A stretch of 36,001 bases of DNA, taken from a virus. The stretch lies in UHGV virus genome UHGV-0251319. One strand, 5' to 3'. The translations under genes and the position numbers were made by a program. The notes under the pieces were generated by a model. That model was not told the origin of the DNA, did no database searches, and saw nothing but the letters and a program-made list of their open reading frames with translations. The number at the start of each line of letters is the position of its first letter. Positions within the stretch are counted from its first letter, which is position 1. Positions 26,107-35,984 of this stretch are shown in pieces.

Positions 26107-26423
26107 TACGCTTCACCTACCTTTTCAAATGTAAAAACTGGTAATGCATCCAATTTTTCTTTATCCGATTTAGACATTAAACCGTCTTTTTCAGAAGTGG
26201 CATTGCCAGGAAGTGTTGGAATAATAGTTGTGTCTGGCAGTGCTTTTACATCAGAAGCAGTTAAAACAACTTCACCTGTATGACCATTTACAGACGAGAC
26301 AGTGCCTGCTTCAGCACCACTAATTTTTCCATCAACAAATTCATTTAATCCAACAACACCAGCTGTACTAGTTTGTACATCAATAGCTACGCCGTCTTTT
26401 TTCACTACATATAAATCAGGCAT
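26106..26423 (-). CDS. Tail fibre repeat protein (SVNGxTGxV motif)
   Basis: 105 aa with VSSVNGHTGEVVLTASDV. Confidence 0.45.
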   Translation of the reverse strand: MPDLYVVKKDGVAIDVQTSTAGVVGLNEFVDGKISGAEAGTVSSVNGHTGEVVLTASDVKALPDTTIIPTLPGNATSEKDGLMSKSDKEKLDALPVFTFEKVGEA

Positions 26424-26733
26424 TTATTTCTTCATCTCCTTTTACTTTTTCAAACTCAACACCAGAACCACCTAGTTTTCCAGCTTCATAATCGGCTATA
26501 ATTTTTAACATTTTGTCATACTCTTGTTGTGATATCATAATGCCATCGCTTGGCAGATCTAAGTCTGCACGTGTAATAATCACTGCTCCAGTTTTTCCGT
26601 TTACAGATAAAACTTTTGCCTGTCCGTTCATTATCTCTGATAAACCAAGGATAGCTGAAAAATGTGTAATAGGAAAAAACTGACGTTTAATACCATTTTC
26701 ATCAGTTTCCATCATTCTCTTAGCATCAACCAT
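26416..26733 (-). CDS. Tail fibre repeat protein, tandem paralog
   Basis: 105 aa with VLSVNGKTGAVIITRADL. Confidence 0.45.
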   Translation of the reverse strand: MVDAKRMMETDENGIKRQFFPITHFSAILGLSEIMNGQAKVLSVNGKTGAVIITRADLDLPSDGIMISQQEYDKMLKIIADYEAGKLGGSGVEFEKVKGDEEINA

Positions 26734-27634
26734 TGTTTACACCTTCAATCGTAAAAACATTTTGTTTTGGATCATCAACTGTCGCTATGATTAATGCCCC
26801 TTCCTCAATTGGGAAATTGACTGTACCCACCAGTTCAACTTCATGATTATTAGAAAATGAATCATCCTCTAAAATTTCTAACGTGTTTACATTGCCGTAT
26901 TTAATGGTGTATAGCCGTTCCTCTAGCCGATGATATAAATATTCCATATCTGCCAATAAACGTTCAGAAATTGAATTATGGCGCACTCCTTGAATGTCTA
27001 CACGTGCATCCATTAATTCGGCTAGCATTGTTCCGCCTGGATCAACAGTTTTTAAAATATCTTTGATTGATTCGAACCATTTTAGATAATCTGTTTCTTG
27101 GCTGTTCCGCCAAGCTTCAAATGTATCTTGTTGATTTTTGCGCCACTTTTCAAACTCTTCTTTTCTAGCATTCATCCAAGCTGTAAAATCGCCTTTATTT
27201 TCATTGATAAAAGCGGTCATGTCTGCAATTAAATCTTCTATTGATTGCCAATAAGAACCCATTTCACCTTCTGTTTTAGAAGCGGCATTGACAACAAAGT
27301 AAGAAAAGTTCTGCGTTGATCCAATTAGATTGTCGCCTTTATGAATACTGAAATATGCTTCCTGTCTGTGCAATGACTGCATAGAATATTCATCAAAGGT
27401 ATACTGGATAACCCCTTTTTTGGCATTCACAATTTTTGCTGCTCGTTGAATCGGATACTTTTTATCAATAACTGATTCAAAAAATACTTCGCAACCTGTT
27501 AAATCAAGTGGCAAAGCATTTTCAACTAGTATGGCTTCTAAGACTTCTGTGTTTCGATTTCCTTGTCGTACATTCTGAATCCCAATGTAATTGTAAGGTT
27601 CAGTTGTACTTAGCGTTGCTTGCCATTTAACCAT
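26726..27634 (-). CDS. BppU-family baseplate upper protein
   Basis: The N-terminus ...NVRQGNRNTEV...LDLTG... matches the BppU N-terminal domain pattern. Confidence 0.55.
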   Translation of the reverse strand: MVKWQATLSTTEPYNYIGIQNVRQGNRNTEVLEAILVENALPLDLTGCEVFFESVIDKKYPIQRAAKIVNAKKGVIQYTFDEYSMQSLHRQEAYFSIHKGDNLIGSTQNFSYFVVNAASKTEGEMGSYWQSIEDLIADMTAFINENKGDFTAWMNARKEEFEKWRKNQQDTFEAWRNSQETDYLKWFESIKDILKTVDPGGTMLAELMDARVDIQGVRHNSISERLLADMEYLYHRLEERLYTIKYGNVNTLEILEDDSFSNNHEVELVGTVNFPIEEGALIIATVDDPKQNVFTIEGVNNG

Positions 27635-27652
27635 TGAAAAATCCTCCTTTCG

Positions 27653-30490
27653 TTATTTTGGTGGAATAACAATCGATTGAATAGAATTAGCAAAATATAA
27701 TCGGTCATATTTTGCGACAATTTGCCCTTGCTCGGCGTTCTGTTCTATGGTTTGGATACGTCCGTTATTTAAGCCGTAAATCACGCCCGTGTGACCATAT
27801 GTTGGGTCTACTGTCCAACCTGTTCCCCATTGGCCACCTCGTCTAATATTGACGATTGCTCCTACCACTAAATCTTGATACGTTGGATTTTGGATTACTC
27901 GCCAACCTACCGCATTCCAATCATATGCTTCACCAATATCTGCAGCAGATGATGTATCACCAATTACATGTGAAAAGCCATAAATTGTTCCTGCACCTAA
28001 ACCACAGCCGCCCATAAAACCAGAATATTCGGCTGGAACGGCATAACATTGCCCATTACCAAGCCATTTGCCCATTAAGGTCTCCAAATGTTCTATGCCA
28101 GCTTTTCCTGTTGCAGTAGAAGCTTTCAAATCTTTGAATTTGTCATACCATACTTGTGCATAGGTTTGTCTTTCTGGATGTGCTGCAGCTGGACGTTCAA
28201 AGTTTAATTCAAACGCATAAGCAGCTGTTTTAGGCGAGCTGACAACTTTAAATTCATCAACTGTTAATGGACTTACTTGTCCTAACCATTGCCCATTGAA
28301 CATACACCAATTAATTAATTGAGCTTGAGCTAATGACGTCCTATAGTCTTGTTTGATACCTGCAGCTGCGATTAAGCGTTGTACATATTCTCGACCATTC
28401 CAAGTTGGGGCGCCTACCAATGGATACGCTGAACCATCCCATTGAACCCATCCGTAAGCTGGACCGCCTATTTGCTCGGTATCTGGGTTCATACTTGAGC
28501 CAACTTCACCTTGAACATTTCCGAGAATACCTGCAGCAGCTGCTTTGCTGTATCCGTTAGCTAAAAGGTAACTCCATAAGTCCCAAGCAAATTTATCTGC
28601 ATCACTTGTAACTTCGGATGGATAACCGCCTGTACCAGCTCCAGAACCGCCACCGCCATTTTGGCCAGGGATGACTTCCTTACCGCCGATGTAGACCTTA
28701 TCAAATTTAGCGATAGTTCCTGTTAAAATACCGCTAATATCCATTTCACTTTTGAGTGTAGTTTTTCCAGAAACACTGAACTTACCATCATGCGTCCAGG
28801 ATGCGTAACTGTTTACTTTCCTATTATCTGGATGAGCATCTGCCGGTATTTGAATAATTGGAACTGATTGTACATCATTATTTTTGCTAATCGTATTGAT
28901 TGAAAAAATGTAACCAGGTTTTTGTCTAACAGCGAATCCATTTGCATTTTTTCCGCTTCCATCATAAGTGGCCTTAATGTCACCAAACAATTCGCCATGA
29001 ACATCATTTAGTCCAGTACTTACTCTCTTTCTCTCGAAAGAAACCTTGCCACCTTCCATAACAACTTGGAAATCTTTATCATCTAATGTTTTTAAAGCCA
29101 CACCCTGCACTAAAATCCCTGTTAGAATACCTGCAGTAATAAAATTCGCAACAATTGAGCCATCTTGAGTAATAGCTGTTTCAAACGGGCCATTTACTCC
29201 ATTGTTCGAATAGCCGAGACCTCCTAGATTCCAACGCCATACTTTTTTTGCATCATTTGCATTTGGTCTATCCATAATTAAAATTTCTTCTGGAGCATCT
29301 TTAGGGCGAAAACGAACATAGCCACCTTTTGTTCCTGTTATCCATTGGGTAGCATTCACTATTGCATTTTGCAAATCTTCGCTTTTAACTTCCAGTTTTT
29401 TAGTTATTTGATTAACTGCGGTATTTACTGAATCTGTGTAAGATTTTATTTCGTTTCCTAACACGATATTTTTATACTTACCTAAAGTAGGAAGCCACGT
29501 ACATTCTGTTACTCGTTCTTTAACCCCAGTTATACCGTTATATTCAATATCACAATAAACAGTATCTCCGAAATTCAACTTCATCATCTTGCCGTAAAGT
29601 TTTTGGTACTCAATCGTATTTTCCAAAGTAACCATATTAATTTCATGAGTGACTTTTGGTTCATGTATTCGCTCTTTATCAAAGAGTGATTGACCCCACT
29701 TCTTCAATTCCTCTATAGTTTTACATTCACTATTTGTTCTACTGGTAATACGTCTATTTTCATCGTTTACTCCCTTTGTTTCCAAAAAGGCAAATGTTAC
29801 TGGCTCTTGATCTTCGTTATAGTTAACATCATCAGGTGTCCCGCCAATTAAATAGAGACTGTTGAAAACATTTAAGTCATCAACAGTCTCTTTTATTGAT
29901 TCTAAATTAACACCTAAGTCTATCCTAAAACCGTTATCCTCACCAATTCTATCTTTTAACATTAGTCTGTAATTATCCATATCTAACTCGCCAGAAGTAA
30001 CTCCTGTTAGATTCTCATTGCCGTTATTTTGCCCAATAATTGCAGATATTGGATTTACTTCTTTTGCAGTAAACTGATGCCGCGTATTGATATTACTTTC
30101 ATAGATAAATGGTTGTTTAAACGCTAAATTGGATTTTAGATTTTCCATAATCTGCTTACCAGTGCCGTTTGCCGTATATGCCATTTGGATAAAATTTCGG
30201 TTGGCTTCATAACCAATGTGTAGAGCCTTAATAGAAATAGAATGTAGATTCTTATCAACTGATTTGATTCTAAAATATTGCCATGATCCGTCCGATACCA
30301 TCGCTTTCAAATAATATCCTTTTTTTATTTGGTTATTATTTTTCCCTACTAACGAATAATTTCCGTAAAACGAATATTCGCTATTTAATGAACGAGTAAT
30401 TTCTGGAGCATCTGCCCAATCTAAAAGAGAAACCCCATTTTCGGATAAGTCAATTGGCACTTTTTCATAAATATAAATTGGATTGATCAA
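27653..30490 (-). CDS. Tail-associated lysin (Tal): conserved N-terminal Tal domain, lysozyme-like domain, C-terminal CHAP peptidase
   Basis: 945 aa. N-terminus MINPIYIYEKVPIDL... is Tal-like. A Gly-rich linker GGGGSGAGTGG. GILGNVQGEVGSSMNPD...YGWVQW resembles a tail-lysozyme domain. The C-terminus carries Cys (GQCYAVP) and His (YGHTGVIYG), as in CHAP. Confidence 0.8.
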   Translation of the reverse strand: MINPIYIYEKVPIDLSENGVSLLDWADAPEITRSLNSEYSFYGNYSLVGKNNNQIKKGYYLKAMVSDGSWQYFRIKSVDKNLHSISIKALHIGYEANRNFIQMAYTANGTGKQIMENLKSNLAFKQPFIYESNINTRHQFTAKEVNPISAIIGQNNGNENLTGVTSGELDMDNYRLMLKDRIGEDNGFRIDLGVNLESIKETVDDLNVFNSLYLIGGTPDDVNYNEDQEPVTFAFLETKGVNDENRRITSRTNSECKTIEELKKWGQSLFDKERIHEPKVTHEINMVTLENTIEYQKLYGKMMKLNFGDTVYCDIEYNGITGVKERVTECTWLPTLGKYKNIVLGNEIKSYTDSVNTAVNQITKKLEVKSEDLQNAIVNATQWITGTKGGYVRFRPKDAPEEILIMDRPNANDAKKVWRWNLGGLGYSNNGVNGPFETAITQDGSIVANFITAGILTGILVQGVALKTLDDKDFQVVMEGGKVSFERKRVSTGLNDVHGELFGDIKATYDGSGKNANGFAVRQKPGYIFSINTISKNNDVQSVPIIQIPADAHPDNRKVNSYASWTHDGKFSVSGKTTLKSEMDISGILTGTIAKFDKVYIGGKEVIPGQNGGGGSGAGTGGYPSEVTSDADKFAWDLWSYLLANGYSKAAAAGILGNVQGEVGSSMNPDTEQIGGPAYGWVQWDGSAYPLVGAPTWNGREYVQRLIAAAGIKQDYRTSLAQAQLINWCMFNGQWLGQVSPLTVDEFKVVSSPKTAAYAFELNFERPAAAHPERQTYAQVWYDKFKDLKASTATGKAGIEHLETLMGKWLGNGQCYAVPAEYSGFMGGCGLGAGTIYGFSHVIGDTSSAADIGEAYDWNAVGWRVIQNPTYQDLVVGAIVNIRRGGQWGTGWTVDPTYGHTGVIYGLNNGRIQTIEQNAEQGQIVAKYDRLYFANSIQSIVIPPK

Positions 30491-31191
30491 AAAAATACAC
30501 TCCTTATCTTCATTCTTATACTAGCGATATTTCCTGTTACCATTATTTTATTTTTACCTGGTAGCATTTTTATCCAACTGCCTTTCGTTCGCTGAATACG
30601 TCCATCTTGCGTACAAACAGCCATTTCGTTGTCTAATGACAGCAAACCAGCATTTGTATCTAATATGGTTAACGTGTTCTTACCACAATTAATTTCAATA
30701 TCGCCACCATTGGAATGGATTTCAATTAACGGTTGAGAAACCTCATCGCCATGGTTTATTACAGTATTTTCACCCTTATTTAGATTTATGAAAGGTTCGT
30801 TTACTTTTCTTTTTAGAGGTTCGCAACGAAAAGTTATTTCAAATGAATAAAAAGTTCCCCATTCGTTGACATATTCAACTTCATTGTTAATATTACATAC
30901 TGCATTAACATACACATTCACATTGTTATGAGTGATTAATTCAGATTGTCCACTAAGCCATCGTTTCACTTCTGGCAAACGTTCATAACTAACGCTGACA
31001 TCTTTAATTTTTAAATCAAATGGTTCATAATCACCAAACCATTCGTTCAGCACTCTGTTACTGCCAATAACAGTGATTTCGTTATATCTTGGTTTAGCGA
31101 CAATTTCAGGTAATTCAGACTCAATAGTTAAGCCGTAATCTAAAAGAGCATTTGCTCCTTTCCATACAAAATTAGGCGTATATCTATCCAT
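30487..31191 (-). CDS. Distal tail protein (Dit)
   Basis: 234 aa ORF between the tape measure and Tal, overlapping both. Confidence 0.7.
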   Translation of the reverse strand: MDRYTPNFVWKGANALLDYGLTIESELPEIVAKPRYNEITVIGSNRVLNEWFGDYEPFDLKIKDVSVSYERLPEVKRWLSGQSELITHNNVNVYVNAVCNINNEVEYVNEWGTFYSFEITFRCEPLKRKVNEPFINLNKGENTVINHGDEVSQPLIEIHSNGGDIEINCGKNTLTILDTNAGLLSLDNEMAVCTQDGRIQRTKGSWIKMLPGKNKIMVTGNIASIRMKIRSVFF

Positions 31192-31193
31192 TT

Positions 31194-33491
31194 TTACACA
31201 TCTCCTGTCGCTAAATTATTCCAGACATTCGCTTGAAACATTTTTCTGTTCAAACGGTTGATTTCGCTCGGATTATTTGCATCTACTTGACCGATTGTCA
31301 CATAGTTATTAACAGTAGAATTGCCTTTTAACGCACCACCAATTCCACGCGCTTTTTCGTCTTGTGAAAGTGGTGTGACTGTAGTCTTGCCATTTTTGGC
31401 GGTTAATAATTCAGGACCAGCTTCACCAACGATTGCTTGTCCATTGATCATATGACCGCCTTCAGCAAGATATGGAATTTTCGCAATGCTAAATCCTTTG
31501 CCACCAACGCCAGGTACCCATTTTGGTATTTTGATATTGTTTAAACCACCTAAAAAACCATTAATTAGAGTAATCATAGCGTTAATTGGTGCTTTGGCTA
31601 CTGCAGTAATTCCTTCAAAAATACCGCCGAAAATATCAACAATACCTTGCCACGCTCTTGACCAATCACCTGTAAACACTCCTGTAACGAAATCTATGAT
31701 GCCGCCAAAAATTCTTGTAATCGCGTTGACGTAATCACTAATGATTTTTACAGCACCATCCATAGCGCCGCCAATAAAGCCTGTGATGAAATCAAAAGTA
31801 GATTTTGTCGTATCTGCTAAAACTTTGAATACACCAACCACTATATCTTTGATCACATTAAAGGATGTATTGATAAAATCTCTAAACCAGCCTACTTTGT
31901 TGTAAGCAATCACAATTCCAGCAACAAAAGCTGCTAGTGCAGCAATTACAATTCCAATAGGTGAAGCAATAAAGGCAATTACTGGAATCAGACTACTAAT
32001 GGAACTAGCAAGTGTTCCTAAAACCACCAAGACTGGTCCAATAGCCGCGACTACACCTGCAATGGTAATGATTGTTTGCTTTTGATTGTCGGTCAGTCCG
32101 TTAAACCATTCAGAAACTTTCTTAATGGCATTCGTTGCCGCTTCAAAAGCAGGAAGAAGTGCAATTTGTACTTGTTCTCCGAGTTCTCCCATTGCAACCT
32201 TAAATTGATTTTGTGCAATTTTCGCTTGGTTTATTGGGTCTTGTATAGTATTGAATGTCTCATCTACTGCTCCTTTAGCATTTTTAGCTGAATCGGCAAA
32301 ACCGTCCATTGACAACGCACCACTGTCAATAGCTTCAACCATTTTAGGCGCGGCTTTAGTACCAAAAACTTCGCTAGCAATGTTTATTTTTTCTTGTTCC
32401 GTTGTGGCACTTTGAATGGCTGCTATTGTTCCGCTCAAGCCATCTTGCATAGTTTTATTGTCTTTTGCATAAGCTACACTAGCTTTCCCTAGATAGCTAA
32501 GTGTGCTTGCTGAATCTATACCAGATTTTTCCATTTGGCCAATTAATGTCGTTGCTTCCGAGAACTCAAAGCCCATCGCTTTTAGTTGGGGCGCTCCTCT
32601 ATTTACTGCATCAAATAATTGATCAACGCCAACCCCAGTATCTTGACTAGTTTTTGTAATGCTATCAAGAACCATAGGTATATCCTCTGCAGATAATCTA
32701 AACAAGTCTATTGACTTTTTGGCATTTATTGTTGATTGAGATACATCTGCACCATTAATTTCAGCAAATTTAAGCATTCGTTCAGTAGTATCTTCTAATT
32801 GCTTATCCATAAATCCAAATTGAGTGTTTACCTCTCCAATACCTGTTGATATGTCTTGCATATCTGCTGGTATCTGACCAGTAACTGTTTTAAAACTACC
32901 TTGCAATGATTCCAATTGATCACCAGTTGCTCCTGTTGCTGTAGCAATACTGTCTAAATTTTCATCTAATTCTTTAAACGCAGCAATAGAAGCGGCGCCA
33001 ATTCCCATGATCGGTGCTGTTAAACCAACAGTCATCTTCTTACCGACAGATTTCATTTTGTCCCCAGCTTTTTCAATTTTAGCTAACTTCTCGGCAGTCT
33101 TAACAGACAAGTCACCTTGTTCTTTCAAGGCTTCGTTGGTACTTTCTAATGCAGATCGTAATTTATTTTCACCTGTTTCTGATTCCAACAAGCGTTTGTA
33201 AAGCTTTTGTGATTGCTCTGAATACTCCCCAGTTTCTTTAACTGATTTTTCGTATTCCTCACGTAATAATTTGGTTCTTTGTTCAGCTAAAGATAATTGC
33301 TTTTCAAGCTTTTTCTTAGTTGCCGTTAATTTTTCTGTTTGTGTTGCATCTTTATCCATAGCGGATACCTGGTTTTTGTACTCGGTAGCCGCTAAGTTCA
33401 TTTCTTTGTTGATATCTTTGATTGTTCGAGAATAATTGACTTCTCCGTTTGTCTTAAAATTTAAGACAACATCAGATTCTTTCTTTGACAC
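31194..33491 (-). CDS. Tape measure protein (GTG start)
   Basis: 765 aa. Coiled-coil N-terminus. Hydrophobic central repeats. RBS AGGAAAGGAG before the GTG. Confidence 0.85.
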   Translation of the reverse strand: MSKKESDVVLNFKTNGEVNYSRTIKDINKEMNLAATEYKNQVSAMDKDATQTEKLTATKKKLEKQLSLAEQRTKLLREEYEKSVKETGEYSEQSQKLYKRLLESETGENKLRSALESTNEALKEQGDLSVKTAEKLAKIEKAGDKMKSVGKKMTVGLTAPIMGIGAASIAAFKELDENLDSIATATGATGDQLESLQGSFKTVTGQIPADMQDISTGIGEVNTQFGFMDKQLEDTTERMLKFAEINGADVSQSTINAKKSIDLFRLSAEDIPMVLDSITKTSQDTGVGVDQLFDAVNRGAPQLKAMGFEFSEATTLIGQMEKSGIDSASTLSYLGKASVAYAKDNKTMQDGLSGTIAAIQSATTEQEKINIASEVFGTKAAPKMVEAIDSGALSMDGFADSAKNAKGAVDETFNTIQDPINQAKIAQNQFKVAMGELGEQVQIALLPAFEAATNAIKKVSEWFNGLTDNQKQTIITIAGVVAAIGPVLVVLGTLASSISSLIPVIAFIASPIGIVIAALAAFVAGIVIAYNKVGWFRDFINTSFNVIKDIVVGVFKVLADTTKSTFDFITGFIGGAMDGAVKIISDYVNAITRIFGGIIDFVTGVFTGDWSRAWQGIVDIFGGIFEGITAVAKAPINAMITLINGFLGGLNNIKIPKWVPGVGGKGFSIAKIPYLAEGGHMINGQAIVGEAGPELLTAKNGKTTVTPLSQDEKARGIGGALKGNSTVNNYVTIGQVDANNPSEINRLNRKMFQANVWNNLATGDV

Positions 33492-33506
33492 GTTAGCGCT
33501 CCTTTC

Positions 33507-33682
33507 CTACCACCAAGGACTTTTATCCATAGTCACACTTGCAGGTGGTTCAAACTCCGTATTACTCGTTAACCACTGTATGTATGACTTAAGCCACAAG
33601 TTCGGTGTTGATTTCAAAAAGAAACCCTCACTCCATCCTAAAAGAGTAAGGGCTACATACAGATAAAACGCCCATGGCGTTC
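33507..33682 (-). CDS. Candidate -1 frameshift extension producing a G-T tail-chaperone fusion
   Basis: The -1 frame stays open for 70 codons from the A-rich end of the G gene (CAAAAAGAAAAAACACAAA) to a TAG 13 nt before the tape-measure GTG. Confidence 0.45.
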
Positions 33683-34138
33683 CTACTTCCGTTTGTGTTT
33701 TTTCTTTTTGTTTTTCTTTTGTTGCGGAGTTTGATAATCTTGTGGCTTCTTGGATTTTTTTACATCAACATCTTGAAAATTCTGTGCTGCGAATACCTCC
33801 ATGCAGGCCCCATAAACTTCAACAACCGTAGAATTCATTCCTAAGAATTTAAAAATTGTTTCTGGTGTTTCGTCTAATCCGCCAGTTTTTAACATGCCAT
33901 AAATTAAAGCACGCATGATCTTTAAATCCGAAGCAGATAATTCTTTTGAAGAGATACGTCCACCACTCTTATTTAGCATTGCGTTCATATCTTCTTCAAA
34001 TTTTGAATAGTCGTCATCATAAATATCCGCAATATGCTCCATGGTTTCCATGGTTAACAAGATTGGGAACTGATGACCTTTAATTGTGACAGTTGGTGTA
34101 TCTGAAACGACAATCCCATAATCAGCTAACTTTGCCAT
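33683..34138 (-). CDS. Tail assembly chaperone (G)
   Basis: 151 aa ORF between the major tail protein and the tape measure. Lys-rich C-terminus. Confidence 0.65.
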   Translation of the reverse strand: MAKLADYGIVVSDTPTVTIKGHQFPILLTMETMEHIADIYDDDYSKFEEDMNAMLNKSGGRISSKELSASDLKIMRALIYGMLKTGGLDETPETIFKFLGMNSTVVEVYGACMEVFAAQNFQDVDVKKSKKPQDYQTPQQKKNKKKKHKRK

Positions 34139-34794
34139 TATTCACCTCCACCCCCAGGTGTTGATGGAGTTACTAATTTTTTCCATTGTTCTTCATCGTA
34201 AATAGGTTGTGCAATGAATTTTTCAAAGTCCCCTGATTTTGCACTTGATCGGTTAGAATCAAAGCTTGAATACATAACATTGTTATGCTTCAAACCGACT
34301 GAAACAAAATTAGCAGTTACATCATCAATTTTTGTTTCGTCTTCTGCAGTAGTATATTCTTCATCAATGACATTTGATAATTGTGTTTTAGGGTACCAAA
34401 CTACTTTCTTCCCCCCATCTTCAATGTTTCCAATAAATCCAAAGGCGAAATAAGGAAATTCACGCGCCGTATTTTTTCCAAAAGTAACACCAGCCTGGGC
34501 AATTAAGCCTTTTAGCTCATCCATCACTTCGATAGGAATTCCCACGTGATCCAATCCAATTTCATGTTTTGTTTCACGGCTCACACGACGAAACATTTTA
34601 CTTGAAGCCCATTTTTCTAAAGCTGTTCCATTTCCCTTAATACCTAACTTTGTAGCGATTGGTAATCTAATTACTTCACTATAAGTTGGTGCCACCCCAA
34701 CTTCATCAGGCGTTGCCATCATGGCAATTAAGATGTCATCTAATCCTTCAAAATAATACACATCTTGTTTTCCCAAATTACTCATCCTTCCCAT
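34138..34794 (-). CDS. Major tail protein
   Basis: 218 aa ORF positioned directly before the chaperone and tape measure. Confidence 0.7.
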   Translation of the reverse strand: MGRMSNLGKQDVYYFEGLDDILIAMMATPDEVGVAPTYSEVIRLPIATKLGIKGNGTALEKWASSKMFRRVSRETKHEIGLDHVGIPIEVMDELKGLIAQAGVTFGKNTAREFPYFAFGFIGNIEDGGKKVVWYPKTQLSNVIDEEYTTAEDETKIDDVTANFVSVGLKHNNVMYSSFDSNRSSAKSGDFEKFIAQPIYDEEQWKKLVTPSTPGGGGE

Positions 34795-35144
34795 AAATCT
34801 AATATTTGTTGTGTCATGATTTTTTCAATCTGATCTTTATTTTGTTCAAACGTACCACTAGCAAAATGCTGGGCTTTTTGATTCTTTGTTCCATTTTCAG
34901 CAAATCGCCAGTAAAAGGCAGTTCCTTCAAACGCAACTTGTACTTGGTCATCTTCAATAATGACTTTTACCTGATCAGCCATATGTTTTTTCTTTAATAG
35001 TGATTTAGGTATTTTGGGCAGCAACTGCTCTCTATAAAAATTGGCAGCACTCGTTAATGATTCCAACGACAATTTTGTTGGGTCTACTTGTGCAAGAGTA
35101 CCCAAATAGTCTCCCATATCCGCAAATCCATTATTATTGGCCAT
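34782..35144 (-). CDS. Tail-completion / head-tail joining protein (HK97 gp10-like or DUF3168-like)
   Basis: 120 aa ORF in the connector block. Confidence 0.5.
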   Translation of the reverse strand: MANNNGFADMGDYLGTLAQVDPTKLSLESLTSAANFYREQLLPKIPKSLLKKKHMADQVKVIIEDDQVQVAFEGTAFYWRFAENGTKNQKAQHFASGTFEQNKDQIEKIMTQQILDLWEG

Positions 35145-35472
35145 TTTCTATACACCTCACATACGTATAAAAATTTGTCACTGTATCATCGTTTTCATCA
35201 CCCTGAATACCTACAAAATCAGCATAAGAAATACCAGCGTTTTCCAACGCATTTTCTAAATCAGTCAAATCTTTTTCTGTACCTGTTGTAAAGAAAGAAA
35301 TTTGATAATATGGCAATCGCCTATGAACTTTAGAGGAAGCCATCTTTTTACCTTTGCTAACATTGGAATACACGATATATGGATAGTCCGTTCCTTTTTC
35401 CGCTTTGTCACGTGTCACAGGTACACCTACTGTTTTTAGCGTTGCCCTTAATTTCTCAAAACTAATCGACAT
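35134..35472 (-). CDS. Head-tail joining protein
   Basis: 112 aa ORF in the connector block. Confidence 0.5.
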   Translation of the reverse strand: MSISFEKLRATLKTVGVPVTRDKAEKGTDYPYIVYSNVSKGKKMASSKVHRRLPYYQISFFTTGTEKDLTDLENALENAGISYADFVGIQGDENDDTVTNFYTYVRCIENGQ

Positions 35473-35791
35473 AAGCCAAACTCAACTCCATTTCTCGTTT
35501 ATCCATATCTGTATAAATACGAGTGATTTTATAGGTCACAGAATCGATTCTAAGCGTGTTTTTTGTTTCTGTGATAGATTTATCGAAACGAACTCTGATT
35601 CTTCTCACAACATCAATTTTGGCTTGTTTTGATAAATATTTTTCTTGTGAGGTAATACCTAACTCAACATAAAAAATATCTCGAATTTTCTCATGTATAA
35701 TCGCTGGTCTGTCATTGTCATCTAAACCAGGAACTTGTTTACAAAGTTCAGCTTTCCATTTCATTCTGTTTAGCGTTACTTTTGGCATCAT
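35462..35791 (-). CDS. Head-closure / head-tail adaptor protein
   Basis: 109 aa ORF in the connector block. Confidence 0.5.
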   Translation of the reverse strand: MMPKVTLNRMKWKAELCKQVPGLDDNDRPAIIHEKIRDIFYVELGITSQEKYLSKQAKIDVVRRIRVRFDKSITETKNTLRIDSVTYKITRIYTDMDKREMELSLAYVD

Positions 35792-35984
35792 CTACCACCA
35801 GCCCTTCACTTAAAATCAATGGCGTTAAAGCATTAAAGGCATTCTCCATTTCAGCTTCTGGCACTTTATACAGCCAAAAAATGGATGCAATATAATAGGC
35901 AACTGACGAATTTTCATCATCAGTTGCCCTTTTTGCATATTTCTTACCCATATCCAAATAAAATTCAAGCATGGCATCATCCAT
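35748..35984 (-). CDS. gp6-like head-tail connector. The ORF is open to the window end and continues in frame into bases 36..1 when the ends are joined (MEINLEDFKSHLQFEEGMDDAMLEFYL...).
   Basis: Joining 36001 to 1 gives TAATTATG GAA ATT AAT CTA GAA GAT TTT AAA TCT CAT TTA CAA TTT GAG GAA GGC ATG GAT GAT... in frame, starting right after the capsid TAA. The LEDFKSHLQF start is typical of gp6-like connectors. Confidence 0.55.
   Translation of the reverse strand: MDDAMLEFYLDMGKKYAKRATDDENSSVAYYIASIFWLYKVPEAEMENAFNALTPLILSEGLVVDDAKSNAKQNEMES

Noticed and set aside
28813-29007. 64-aa minus-strand ORF inside the Tal gene
   Set aside because: It lies in an alternative frame wholly within the 945-aa Tal ORF. 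Met/Phe/Leu-rich composition with no RBS.
33683-33720. Canonical XXXYYYZ slippery heptamer for the G-T frameshift
   Set aside because: None is aligned with the 0-frame in the A-rich tract. The frameshift call rests on the open -1 frame only, so its confidence was kept moderate.
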